A DNA stretch of 14,629 nucleotides, taken from NCBI GenBank assembly GCA_003166335.1, contig PMWA01000060.1, positions 1 through 14,629 of the forward strand, read 5' to 3'. Under the pieces are notes generated by a model. The model was not told the DNA's origin. It ran no database searches and saw only the letters and a list, made by a program, of their open reading frames with translations. Source of the DNA: Methanobacterium sp. Its GTDB lineage: Archaea > Methanobacteriota > Methanobacteria > Methanobacteriales > Methanobacteriaceae. Every line of letters starts with the position of its first letter. The stretch's first letter is position 1. Shown piece after piece: positions 6,270-14,407 of the stretch. A program made the position numbers and the translations under genes.

Positions 6270-8525
6270 ATTTTAAAATCTAACAAATTTAAAATTTTTT
6301 TTATTATTACTTTATTTATATTACCATTATTCCTATCCTTAAATCTTGTTTCTGCTCAAGATAATACTAATAATAATACTAAAGTCTTATTTGATGAAAC
6401 ACGTCCAGATCTAGGAACATTATACACTATTTATAATATGGGAACGTACGGATCATCCAGTTTTGCAACTCTACTAGAACAAAATGGTTATAGTGTTTCC
6501 CGGTTAACAAACGGACCAATCACCCCTGAAAAACTGAATGGATATAATGTTTTAGTACTTATGGCCCCATATGGTAATTACACTGATGCTGAAGTTAATA
6601 CAATTAAGGAATTTGTAAACAACGGTGGTGGACTATTTTTAGTTGGGACTAACTGGGGTGATGTAGATGGTAATCAGAGTTTTGCAATCAATAAAATTGC
6701 GGAAAGTTTTGGGGTAAATTTTGCAAATAATTCAATAGTTACTGATGACCAAAATAATATTTTTGCTCCTACTTTCGTGACTATCAACAATCTTACACCA
6801 AATCCCATAACCACAAACGTTTCTTCGTTTTATTATCTCCAGGGAACTTACATAGAAAATCCCGGACCATCTAATGTTGTTGCTTATACAAGCGCTAATG
6901 CATGGGGTGATCAAGGTTTTACCACCCCCCAAGGAACTACAGCAAGTAACAGTATCAAAGATCCTGATGAAACAGGTGGTCCTCTATCCGTAATTTCTGA
7001 AATGAATTATGGAAAAGGGAAAATAGTTTTCATGGGTGCTGCTGGATCTTTTATTAATGCAATGATTTATAGGAGCGATACCTGGAAATTAGAATTAAAT
7101 ACTGTAAATTGGCTGGCTAATCGCCCTGCGCCAACTAACTACCAACCTGCCGGGTTGATCTCCTTAAATTTATTAGGATACCAAATTGTGGGAATGATTC
7201 TATTATCTTTGATATTATTTTCAGGATTATTTATTAAAATTAGAAGGGATAAGAAATTAGGGGATCCGCAGACATTTAAAACCATTAAAAATTGGAAATT
7301 TAATGCTTTAATAGTAACCAATGCATTTTTTGGTGTTCTAGCTGGTATCCTGTTTATTCCAATCAATTTTTTCTTATATAATATTACATTATTCTCAGTT
7401 TACGATCCTAATTTAGGTTATACACTGATAATAACCGGAGCATTATTTTTGTTCTTTATAGGGGTGATATTATTCAACCTTATCGCCCGACAAAGGATGT
7501 TGGTGAAATATTCCTATTACACAATTGTCCTAATCCTCTTTTTTGCTGGTTTAACAGTTATTTTAGGGGACATATTTAGTTTCCCCTTAATGCAGATATT
7601 CACTTTTGGTAGTTTGATTCTTTTAATTCCCTTTGCCCTTAATATATGGATCCACAGAAATTATGGATCCAATCTGATTATTGAAGGTAAAGAATTTGAT
7701 CGGCTGAAAAAATTATCAAGTAAATCGTTACCTTATGAGCTTCAACCATTTTTTACTGATTCAGCTTATATGGGAGAAGGTGGATTTGGACGAGTTTTCA
7801 AAGCCATTAATAAAAAAGGTGAACAAGTAGCTTTGAAAATACCAAAGAGTTTTGATAAAAGGTCTGAGAGAACATTTATCACTGAGGTGTCCAATTGGAG
7901 TCATTTAGATCATCCTAACATTGTAAAACTAATTGGATATAAAATTCTCCCTATTCCGTATATTGAAACAGAGTTCTGTGAAGGAAAGTTAGAGAAAGGT
8001 ATGAAATCTCTCCAAGAGGCTGTATCAATAGTGTATGAAATTGCGAAAGGATTAGAATATGCACATAATAAAAACATCATTCATGGAGATGTAAAAATCT
8101 CTAATATTCTCATAAAAAATGGAGTTTACAAAATATCCGATTGGGGTTTAAGTAAACTAAAAATTGATGAATCAGTGACATTATCAGGTGCAACACCTTC
8201 TTATGCAGCTCCCGAGCAGATATCTCAAGAATTTGGTAAAGCTGATGAAAGAACCGATATTTATCAACTGGGTAATGTTTTTTATGAACTTTTAACGGGC
8301 AGATTACCATTTGAAGGTGATATATCACAGATTTACAGTTCCATACTCACCACTCAACCCATACAACCTGCAGAAATAAATTCCAACTCACAGCCTGTAA
8401 ATGATATTATCATGAAATGTCTAAACAAAAATAAAAATAGCCGATATTCCTCTATGGGAGAATTGATTAAAGAATTAGAGAAATATAGACCTGCTGATAA
8501 AACATTAATGTTTAAAAACAGTTAA
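6270..8525 (+). CDS. Receptor-like membrane Ser/Thr (Hanks-type) protein kinase: signal peptide, extracellular DUF4350/GldG-like alpha/beta domain, about 6 TM helices, kinase domain. Start uncertain (track gives 6438)
   Basis: Kinase motifs GEGGFGRV, VALK, HGDVKISNIL, DWG, YAAPEQ and DIYQLG. The frame is open from 6270 and encodes KSNKFK + hydrophobic stretch + VSA|QD and 'KVLFDETR' before Met 6438. The extracellular domain family is my recognition, not a search result. Confidence 0.88.
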   Translation: MLKSNKFKIFFIITLFILPLFLSLNLVSAQDNTNNNTKVLFDETRPDLGTLYTIYNMGTYGSSSFATLLEQNGYSVSRLTNGPITPEKLNGYNVLVLMAPYGNYTDAEVNTIKEFVNNGGGLFLVGTNWGDVDGNQSFAINKIAESFGVNFANNSIVTDDQNNIFAPTFVTINNLTPNPITTNVSSFYYLQGTYIENPGPSNVVAYTSANAWGDQGFTTPQGTTASNSIKDPDETGGPLSVISEMNYGKGKIVFMGAAGSFINAMIYRSDTWKLELNTVNWLANRPAPTNYQPAGLISLNLLGYQIVGMILLSLILFSGLFIKIRRDKKLGDPQTFKTIKNWKFNALIVTNAFFGVLAGILFIPINFFLYNITLFSVYDPNLGYTLIITGALFLFFIGVILFNLIARQRMLVKYSYYTIVLILFFAGLTVILGDIFSFPLMQIFTFGSLILLIPFALNIWIHRNYGSNLIIEGKEFDRLKKLSSKSLPYELQPFFTDSAYMGEGGFGRVFKAINKKGEQVALKIPKSFDKRSERTFITEVSNWSHLDHPNIVKLIGYKILPIPYIETEFCEGKLEKGMKSLQEAVSIVYEIAKGLEYAHNKNIIHGDVKISNILIKNGVYKISDWGLSKLKIDESVTLSGATPSYAAPEQISQEFGKADERTDIYQLGNVFYELLTGRLPFEGDISQIYSSILTTQPIQPAEINSNSQPVNDIIMKCLNKNKNSRYSSMGELIKELEKYRPADKTLMFKNS

Positions 8526-8565
8526 TTAAAAAAGTCAATTAATAAGAACTAGGGGAACGGTCTGA

Positions 8566-8979
8566 TTGGGAATGAACCTGAATAAAGGCGTAATTCTAGG
8601 AATTGCTGGTGCTATTACTGTTTTTATTTTTATTCTAATAATTATTTTATATATTGATTCAGATTTTGATCAACAATTAATTTATCAAGTGGATAGTGGA
8701 GTGCCTGCTGATAAATTGATCCCTCAAATTGATAAAGAAACTGAAGAACTACAGATGAATGCATTAAAAAGTTACGAATCTAATGTTATAAATAACAATC
8801 TGGGAGGAAATGCTAGTAATTATGATTATTATACACAAGTGTATCAAAATGAGAATAAAACTATTTCAGAATATGAAAATACTCAGAAAGAATTTGCTAA
8901 TCGGGAGATAAGCAAAGAACAATTTGAACAGGATATTAAATCACCAAAAGAATTTATACAACTAATGAATTTAAATTGA
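8566..8979 (+). CDS. Hypothetical protein with one N-terminal TM anchor and a helical N/Q/E-rich soluble part
   Basis: 137-aa ORF 40 nt after the kinase, with AGGGGA RBS upstream. The start may be TTG 8566 or ATG 8572. Confidence 0.75.
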   Translation: MGMNLNKGVILGIAGAITVFIFILIIILYIDSDFDQQLIYQVDSGVPADKLIPQIDKETEELQMNALKSYESNVINNNLGGNASNYDYYTQVYQNENKTISEYENTQKEFANREISKEQFEQDIKSPKEFIQLMNLN

Positions 8980-9046
8980 CAATTAATATTTAAAAATTAA
9001 TACTTTACTAACATTTTTATTTTATGACCTGTTATGGAGATTTATT

Positions 9047-10303
9047 ATGGAAATATTTATTGATGTGGGAGGAAAACCCGGCATAGAATGTGGTGGTTTC
9101 TGTGAGTTTTGTTTTTATAAAAAAGTGGATTTTAAAAAATTAGAATCACTCTCCATAGGATGTATAAATTGTCCACCCAACCAGATCGGATGTGATTATT
9201 GCCATAACACAGTTACAAGAGTAAAAAATGATTTTAAACCTCTTTCTCAAGTTTTAAATGACTTTAAAGAAAAATTTAATAAACATTTACGAGCAGGTTC
9301 GTTAAATTATAAAGAACTAAATGTTATCATAGGTGCGGGTGCTGACGTATTCAACTATCCACACTTATACGAACTTGTTTCAACATTAAAAGAGTATGAA
9401 TTACGATTACATTTAGGTTATACTAGTGGAAAACCAATAGATAATGACCATATGGCCGAAAATCTTATTTCATTAGGAGTTGATGAAATAAGCTTTTCTG
9501 TGTTTTCAACAGATCCTGAAAAGAGAAGAAAGTGGATGAATGACAATACTCCTCAGAAGTCACTTGAAGGTTTAAAGATATTTTGTGAAAATATTGATGT
9601 TAACGCCTCTGTTGTAGTTATTCCCGGAGTAAATGACAAAGAAGAACTATTCCAAACCTGTGTCAACATGGAAGAATGGGGTTTAAAATCGTTCGTTTTA
9701 AGGAGATTCGCTAATTTTAAAAATCAGGGTTTAATATTGAACAACAAACCCATAATAGAAGGAGTAAATCCTCTATCGTATGAAGAGTTCCAAGAATTAG
9801 TGCGTGAAGTAGCTCGCGAATTCTCTTTCAAAGTTTTAGGATACCCCTTTTGTGACCCCCAAAATGATTTTCCCTTCGCGATCTCGAGAGTTAAAAATAG
9901 GGATTATCTGGAGAAATTACCGGATATTAAATCTGAAGCTACCATTATAACGAGTAAGTTAGCTGCACCTTATTTAGAGAGGATATTTGGGGTAATTGAT
10001 GAATTTAATTTGGTTAATATTGTTAGTGTGGATAAAGATATTGCTGATTTGATTACTCATGAAGATTTGGAGTCTGTTAATCTAGGTAATGTCAAGAGAA
10101 ACGTCATTATTCCGAGTGGAGCATTGGTTCATGATAAAAAGGCTGAAGAGATTTTAAATAAGGATGGTAAAGTTAGATTAGTTGTTAGAGGTCCTTATGT
10201 GTTAACAAATCCATATTACAGGGATGAATTTTATAAAGAAGAATTATTAAACTTTGAATTAAATTCTTTTACAGCTTTAATAGATAAAATCAATTCATTT
10301 TAA
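9047..10303 (+). CDS. mmp10: Mmp10-family (methanogenesis marker 10) cobalamin-dependent radical SAM methyltransferase; divergent, probably a paralog
   Basis: N-terminal DVGGKPG..CGGFCEFC (CX3CX2C), iron-loop CINC..GCDYC, HLGYTSGK, RFANF..QGLILNN.PII, KDIADLIT and VRGP all match the Mmp10 family. GGAGA RBS upstream. Confidence 0.85.
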   Translation: MEIFIDVGGKPGIECGGFCEFCFYKKVDFKKLESLSIGCINCPPNQIGCDYCHNTVTRVKNDFKPLSQVLNDFKEKFNKHLRAGSLNYKELNVIIGAGADVFNYPHLYELVSTLKEYELRLHLGYTSGKPIDNDHMAENLISLGVDEISFSVFSTDPEKRRKWMNDNTPQKSLEGLKIFCENIDVNASVVVIPGVNDKEELFQTCVNMEEWGLKSFVLRRFANFKNQGLILNNKPIIEGVNPLSYEEFQELVREVAREFSFKVLGYPFCDPQNDFPFAISRVKNRDYLEKLPDIKSEATIITSKLAAPYLERIFGVIDEFNLVNIVSVDKDIADLITHEDLESVNLGNVKRNVIIPSGALVHDKKAEEILNKDGKVRLVVRGPYVLTNPYYRDEFYKEELLNFELNSFTALIDKINSF

Positions 10304-10330
10304 ATTTAATTAAATTTTTTTTGTTTTTAT

Positions 10331-10353
10331 GATCCTATTGGGGGTCTTTTTTT
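10331..10353 (+). terminator. Putative terminator (short hairpin plus T7) after the mmp10-like gene
   Basis: gatcct-attg-ggggtc (6 bp including 2 G-U) followed by seven T. Confidence 0.4.
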
Positions 10354-10363
10354 ATTGTATTTA

Positions 10364-10392
10364 TTTTACACTTGAACCAAAGCTTTTAAATA
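10364..10392 (+). promoter_or_regulatory. BRE/TATA promoter, copy 1 of a direct repeat
   Basis: ttttacacttgaaccaaagcttttaaata is 25/29 identical to 10529-10557. A purine-rich BRE precedes TTTTAAATA. Confidence 0.6.
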
Positions 10393-10414
10393 GTTGTTCT
10401 GCTTATTTTTAATT

Positions 10415-10496
10415 GATATGTGTATCTCACACACCTCACACCCTAGTATTATTATTTGTCTTTGAATTTAATTTATTACCCGTTTAAGTCTTTTTT
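10415..10496 (+). ncRNA. Candidate small RNA 1 (5' TGTGT/ACACA hairpin plus CACACCTCACACCC); alternatively a leaderless micro-ORF MCISHTSHPSIIICL (10418-10465)
   Basis: Starts about 23 nt after the TATA box and is homologous to copy 2. The 3' end is guessed from the T-run near 10491-10496. Confidence 0.35.
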
Positions 10497-10528
10497 ATTA
10501 TGGATTTCTGGTATTTAATGATCCATTT

Positions 10529-10557
10529 TTTTACACTGGAACCGAAACTTTTATATA
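10529..10557 (+). promoter_or_regulatory. BRE/TATA promoter, copy 2 of a direct repeat
   Basis: ttttacactggaaccgaaacttttatata has a near-consensus CCGAAA BRE and TTTTATATA TATA box, 165 nt from copy 1. Confidence 0.65.
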
Positions 10558-10577
10558 ATGGATTATACTATGTAAGA

Positions 10578-10621
10578 GATAGGTGTGTACTATACACACC
10601 TCACCCCCCCTAATATATTAA
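10578..10621 (+). ncRNA. Candidate small RNA 2 (AGGTGTGT/ACACACCT hairpin plus C-rich tail); alternatively a micro-ORF MCTIHTSPPLIY (10583-10621)
   Basis: Perfect 8-bp stem (10581-10588 with 10594-10601) at the expected start distance from the TATA box. The 3' end is unknown and may run through to 10755. Confidence 0.35.
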
Positions 10622-10675
10622 TTGAAGATTTCAAACAAAAAACTAATAATTTTATGTTCGAAATCTTAAAAAAAG

Positions 10676-10755
10676 CGGCTTTCAGAGGGGACTTCACACG
10701 GTCCAACATCACACCTCCAAAAATTTGTTTACTCTGGAAGCTGAACCTTTTTTTT
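10676..10755 (+). ncRNA. Candidate structured RNA: long stem with an anti-SD-like loop, followed by T8
   Basis: cggctttcagag (10676-10687) pairs with ctctggaagctg (10732-10743), extended by ggac/gttt. The four G-U pairs work only on the + strand. The loop contains ATCACACCTCC. Confidence 0.4.
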
Positions 10756-11086
10756 AATTTTATAAAAATAATAATTTTACAAACCTTAATGAAAAATTCT
10801 TTTAATAATAAAATTCTCATTTTAATGAACTTAAATTATTTATCTACATTATATGTCAAGTAGTATAAATAAATAAGGAAAATCAAAGCTGCTACACTAA
10901 ATTCATTTTCTATTTATTATAAAATTTTTCAGATTATTTAACACATAATTATCAACCTCCTTATCAATATATTAAAAAAAATGTTTTCCTGGAAGAAAAA
11001 TATTTTTGCTTAAAAAGAGTAAATATAATTTTTTATAAAAAAAGTTTGAAATAGTTTTTCCAACATAAATATAAATTAGGATAAAT

Positions 11087-11440
11087 ATGACTATTAAAAT
11101 CAAAAGAGCATACCAGGATTCAAGTAAAAATGATGGCTTCAGAATCCTTGTGGATAGGTTATGGCCTCGTGGAGTAACTAAGGAAAAGGTAAAATTGGAT
11201 TTATGGATGAAAGAAATCGCTCCATCCAATGATTTACGCAAATGGTTCAATCACGAGCCAAGAAAGTGGAATGAATTCCAAATTAAATATAATGAAGAAT
11301 TAAAAGAAAAAAAAGAATTAATTACACAGCTAAAAGATATAGAAAATGAAAAGAAAATCATCACATTAGTTTACGCGGCTAAAGATGAAAAACATAACAA
11401 TGCAGTAGTAATTAGGGATGCATTAAAAAAATTAGAATAA
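11087..11440 (+). CDS. DUF488 (YeaO-like) family protein
   Basis: Motifs IKRAY...[30 protein letters not shown] and [14 protein letters not shown]. Confidence 0.9.
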   Translation: MTIKIKRAYQDSSKNDGFRILVDRLWPRGVTKEKVKLDLWMKEIAPSNDLRKWFNHEPRKWNEFQIKYNEELKEKKELITQLKDIENEKKIITLVYAAKDEKHNNAVVIRDALKKLE

Positions 11441-11492
11441 TAATTATAGTATTTTTTTTTTAAATCAAAAAAAAATGTGGATGGAAATTATT

Positions 11493-11891
11493 ATGAGTGG
11501 AAATCTTTATGATTATCTTAAAAAAGAACACATGGAAGTATTGGAACTCTTTCGTATAACATTGGATCAGAAAATTCAATCATACTATCCTGAGATTAAA
11601 GAAAAACTTTACAAACATATGGATAACGAGGAGAAATATTTATATCCATCATTAGAGGTATTTGATAAAATTACAATACTTGAAGGATATGAAGAACACG
11701 CAATAGCTAAGAGATTAATCAATGATTTAGATTTACGTGATCAATACGATGAGAAATGGGTTGCTAAAGCTAAAGTATTAAATGAAATCATCAAGCATCA
11801 CATTAAAGAAGAAGAAACATATATCTTCAAAATCGCTGAAAAAATATTAAATAAAGATGATGAACTAAAAATCTTAAACCAAATACAATAA
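11493..11891 (+). CDS. Hemerythrin-like (HHE) domain protein; start at 11493 or 11475
   Basis: Motifs LKKEH, HMDNEEKYLYP, EEH and HHIKEEETYIF. Confidence 0.85.
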   Translation: MSGNLYDYLKKEHMEVLELFRITLDQKIQSYYPEIKEKLYKHMDNEEKYLYPSLEVFDKITILEGYEEHAIAKRLINDLDLRDQYDEKWVAKAKVLNEIIKHHIKEEETYIFKIAEKILNKDDELKILNQIQ

Positions 11892-11929
11892 ATAAACTTT
11901 TTTTCTTTTTTAATCAAATATTAATTACT

Positions 11930-13123
11930 TTAAAATACTGGAATTAAACCATTATTAATCCCTGTAATACACTCTCCACCATGAGAAGTGACTATGAAAG
12001 TGTTTTCAATTCCCACCATTCCAATATCACGAATACCCTTCTTAGGTTCCACAGCAAACACCATCCCCTCCTTTAATGGCTCGTTAAATCCTTCTGCAAT
12101 TACAGGCAGTTCATCAATTAATAAACCAATCCCATGACCGAGGAAATTAACTCTTCGATTACCAAAACCCATGAAATTTCGAAGAAAATCCTTATCAAGA
12201 TTTTCCATTATTATCCTATAAATATCTGAAGGAATAACACCAGGTTTTAACATAGCCGCAATTTCATTCTGAACAGCCACACATTCATAATGAATATCAA
12301 TAGCATACTGGGGAAGGGAATGACCAAACATGTAAGTCATGGTTTTATCTGTATTATAACCTTCAACTCCACATCCCACATCAATAAAAACTAGATCACC
12401 ATTTCTTAATTTCCGATCACGACTACCCAATAGAGGTACCGCTGGACTCAATCCATAATTCCCCCCAGGTCCGTTAAAATACGTGGGATAAATTGAACTT
12501 TCACCAAAACCCAATTGTCCCAGGACTATCTCCGTATCAAACATGCCAAAACGGGTTACTCCATCATGCCCCTCCTCCACCATAACCTGGAAAAGTTCTG
12601 CAACCAGACTTGCTTCACTCATTCCCACCTGTAACATTTCCTGAGCCAGATCTTCCAATACGTGCTGATGAATCTTACCCGCTTCTCTCATCAATGATAA
12701 TTCATATTCACTTTTAACTGCCCTAACCTTGGCTATAACATTATCAACAGGTTTAAAATTCTTAAATGGAAAATATTTATGGAATCTATGATATAAAGCA
12801 AGTGGAATTACTTCAGTTTCCAAATATATTGTATCTGGAAGTTGATTTTGACTTTCCGCTGCATCATGGAAACTATTCATAGGTTTAATTACCCTGAATA
12901 ATGATTCATCCAAAGCCCTTTCATAACTACGCCGCACCCAAAAAATAGGCTCATCATCATGGTTAATTATGATTATGCCCTCCTGCATCGTGCCAGTGAA
13001 ATAATAAAGGTTAATTTTACTGAAAATAACCGCCATCTTCCATTCTGGATTCATATTATCCATTACTGTTTTAAATCGTTTCATACGATTATCCAATTCA
13101 GTTAAAGGAGTTTTTTTAATCAT
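11930..13123 (-). CDS. Xaa-Pro aminopeptidase/prolidase-like M24 family peptidase
   Basis: Creatinase-like N-domain (NLYYFTG), R.VKS.YE linker, and all five metal ligands: IDVG, YNTDKT, GHGIG, VEPK and GIEN. Confidence 0.9.
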   Translation of the reverse strand: MIKKTPLTELDNRMKRFKTVMDNMNPEWKMAVIFSKINLYYFTGTMQEGIIIINHDDEPIFWVRRSYERALDESLFRVIKPMNSFHDAAESQNQLPDTIYLETEVIPLALYHRFHKYFPFKNFKPVDNVIAKVRAVKSEYELSLMREAGKIHQHVLEDLAQEMLQVGMSEASLVAELFQVMVEEGHDGVTRFGMFDTEIVLGQLGFGESSIYPTYFNGPGGNYGLSPAVPLLGSRDRKLRNGDLVFIDVGCGVEGYNTDKTMTYMFGHSLPQYAIDIHYECVAVQNEIAAMLKPGVIPSDIYRIIMENLDKDFLRNFMGFGNRRVNFLGHGIGLLIDELPVIAEGFNEPLKEGMVFAVEPKKGIRDIGMVGIENTFIVTSHGGECITGINNGLIPVF

Positions 13124-13505
13124 TTAAAACGGGCCTCATTTAATAAATTTTTTAACTAAATCTGTGAGTATATATTTAATTGAATATAACTAAATTATTT
13201 AACTCAAATAAAAAAAAATATTTTCATTAAAATATATTAATTTTATGGAAATTTTCTAAGTTAATTCCTTTTTAAGGAGGGATAGGTTTTTTATAAAAAA
13301 ACATCATATGATTTAATATAAGAACATGATAATATGAATAAAAAGAATGTTTTAATTGAATCTTTTATATAAATTAAAGAATAATTTTGTATATTCTTGT
13401 ATTAATTTGAAATATCCTTACATGGAGTTTATTTTAAATATTTTTACAGAAAATTAAAAAGTTTAATATATAATTAGAATTTTCTTATTTAGGAGTTGAA
13501 ATAGT

Positions 13506-13610
13506 ATGGCAAAAGTATCAGGAACTAACAAAAGAACTAGACAAAAGAAGAATTATGTTAAACCGGGAAGTAAGAGAGGACGAGGAGTTAAAAAATCAAA
13601 AGTTAAATAA
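13506..13610 (+). CDS. Small highly basic protein, 34 aa (MAKVSGTNKRTRQKKNYVKPGSKRGRGVKKSKVK); not in the ORF track
   Basis: AGGAG RBS at 13491-13495, ATG 13506, TAA 13608-13610, and a TATA-like ttaatatata upstream. 14/34 residues are K or R, with no acidic residues. Confidence 0.7.
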   Translation: MAKVSGTNKRTRQKKNYVKPGSKRGRGVKKSKVK

Positions 13611-13674
13611 TGGGAAAGAACTTAAACTAAAATCTTTTTCCTTAAAAAAAAATAGTCAAAAAAAATGAATGATT

Positions 13675-13697
13675 AAAAAAAAAAAATATTTTTTTTT
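13675..13697. terminator. A12-TA-T9 tract between convergent genes; candidate bidirectional oligo-T terminator
   Basis: Gives a T-run on each strand between the 34-aa ORF and the 13696-13989 ORF. Confidence 0.35.
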
Positions 13698-13989
13698 ATA
13701 CTTCACTTTCTAGGCATAAATTACTTTCGTTTATTGGAATTTTCCAAAGATATCCTACTTTTTTGGGTTTTATTTTTTTATTTTTCCCTTTCTTGTTTTC
13801 TAAGTTAGCTTCACTTCCATCCCATGTTTTCACGGTTTTGTTTAGATATTGTGCTATTTTTTCATTATATTTTCTCGTTCCAATGGTGTAGCTATCGCCT
13901 TCATTAAGAATATAGCTAATTCCATCACCATTTTCACCGATTATCTTTGAGATTTCTACAATTTTTTTGGAGAAGGTTATAGACATCAT
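13696..13989 (-). CDS. Hypothetical protein, 97 aa
   Basis: Protein-like composition and higher GC than the flanks. No recognisable motif and no clear RBS. Confidence 0.5.
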   Translation of the reverse strand: MMSITFSKKIVEISKIIGENGDGISYILNEGDSYTIGTRKYNEKIAQYLNKTVKTWDGSEANLENKKGKNKKIKPKKVGYLWKIPINESNLCLESEV

Positions 13990-14407
13990 AGTTTTCTTAT
14001 TACTCTTTTTTTTTAATAGATAATATATTAGATTTTCAATAAAGTATTATTATAAAATAAAAAATTAAATAACTAAATTTATAAATGAATATTAAATTTT
14101 CTCAACAAAAAAAACATATTTCAATAAGCATGTCCTATAATTTGTTGTTATAATTATTATAAATATTTCTTCATATAAAAAACCTTCGATATAAAAAACA
14201 CTTATAAAATTCAATAATAATCATCCGTTCTAAAAAATAATAGAATATTTAATATATTTTGTAAAAAAACAATTTATACACTACAAATCTGTTAAATTAA
14301 AATAATTCAATAGAATTTATTTACTCGTTTTTTACATTACTTTATATGCTCTTAACATCAATACTAAATTAGACCATTATTTTGGTCATAAATTGGAAGT
14401 GATAAAT

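Noticed and set aside
6732..8328. Minus-strand ORFs 6732-6932, 7139-7366 and 8110-8328
   Set aside because: Antisense shadows within the kinase gene.
10364..10557. 29-bp direct repeats as a mini CRISPR array
   Set aside because: Only two imperfect copies with a 136-nt gap and no cas genes. The repeat reads as a BRE/TATA promoter.
10676..10755. tRNA or rRNA fragment
   Set aside because: No cloverleaf or T-loop consensus, and similarity to the 16S 3' end is limited to a short CACCTCC motif.
10585..10863. 92-aa plus-strand ORF and the full 76-aa minus-strand ORF (10590-10820)
   Set aside because: Low-complexity translations of AT-rich DNA across hairpins and T-runs. Only the SD-preceded 39-aa sub-ORF is kept as a possibility.
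10972..11250. 92-aa minus-strand ORF
   Set aside because: Antisense to the well-supported DUF488 gene.
13990..14400. Long AT-rich intergenic region
   Set aside because: No convincing ORF, repeat or stable structure. It is consistent with divergent promoter DNA.
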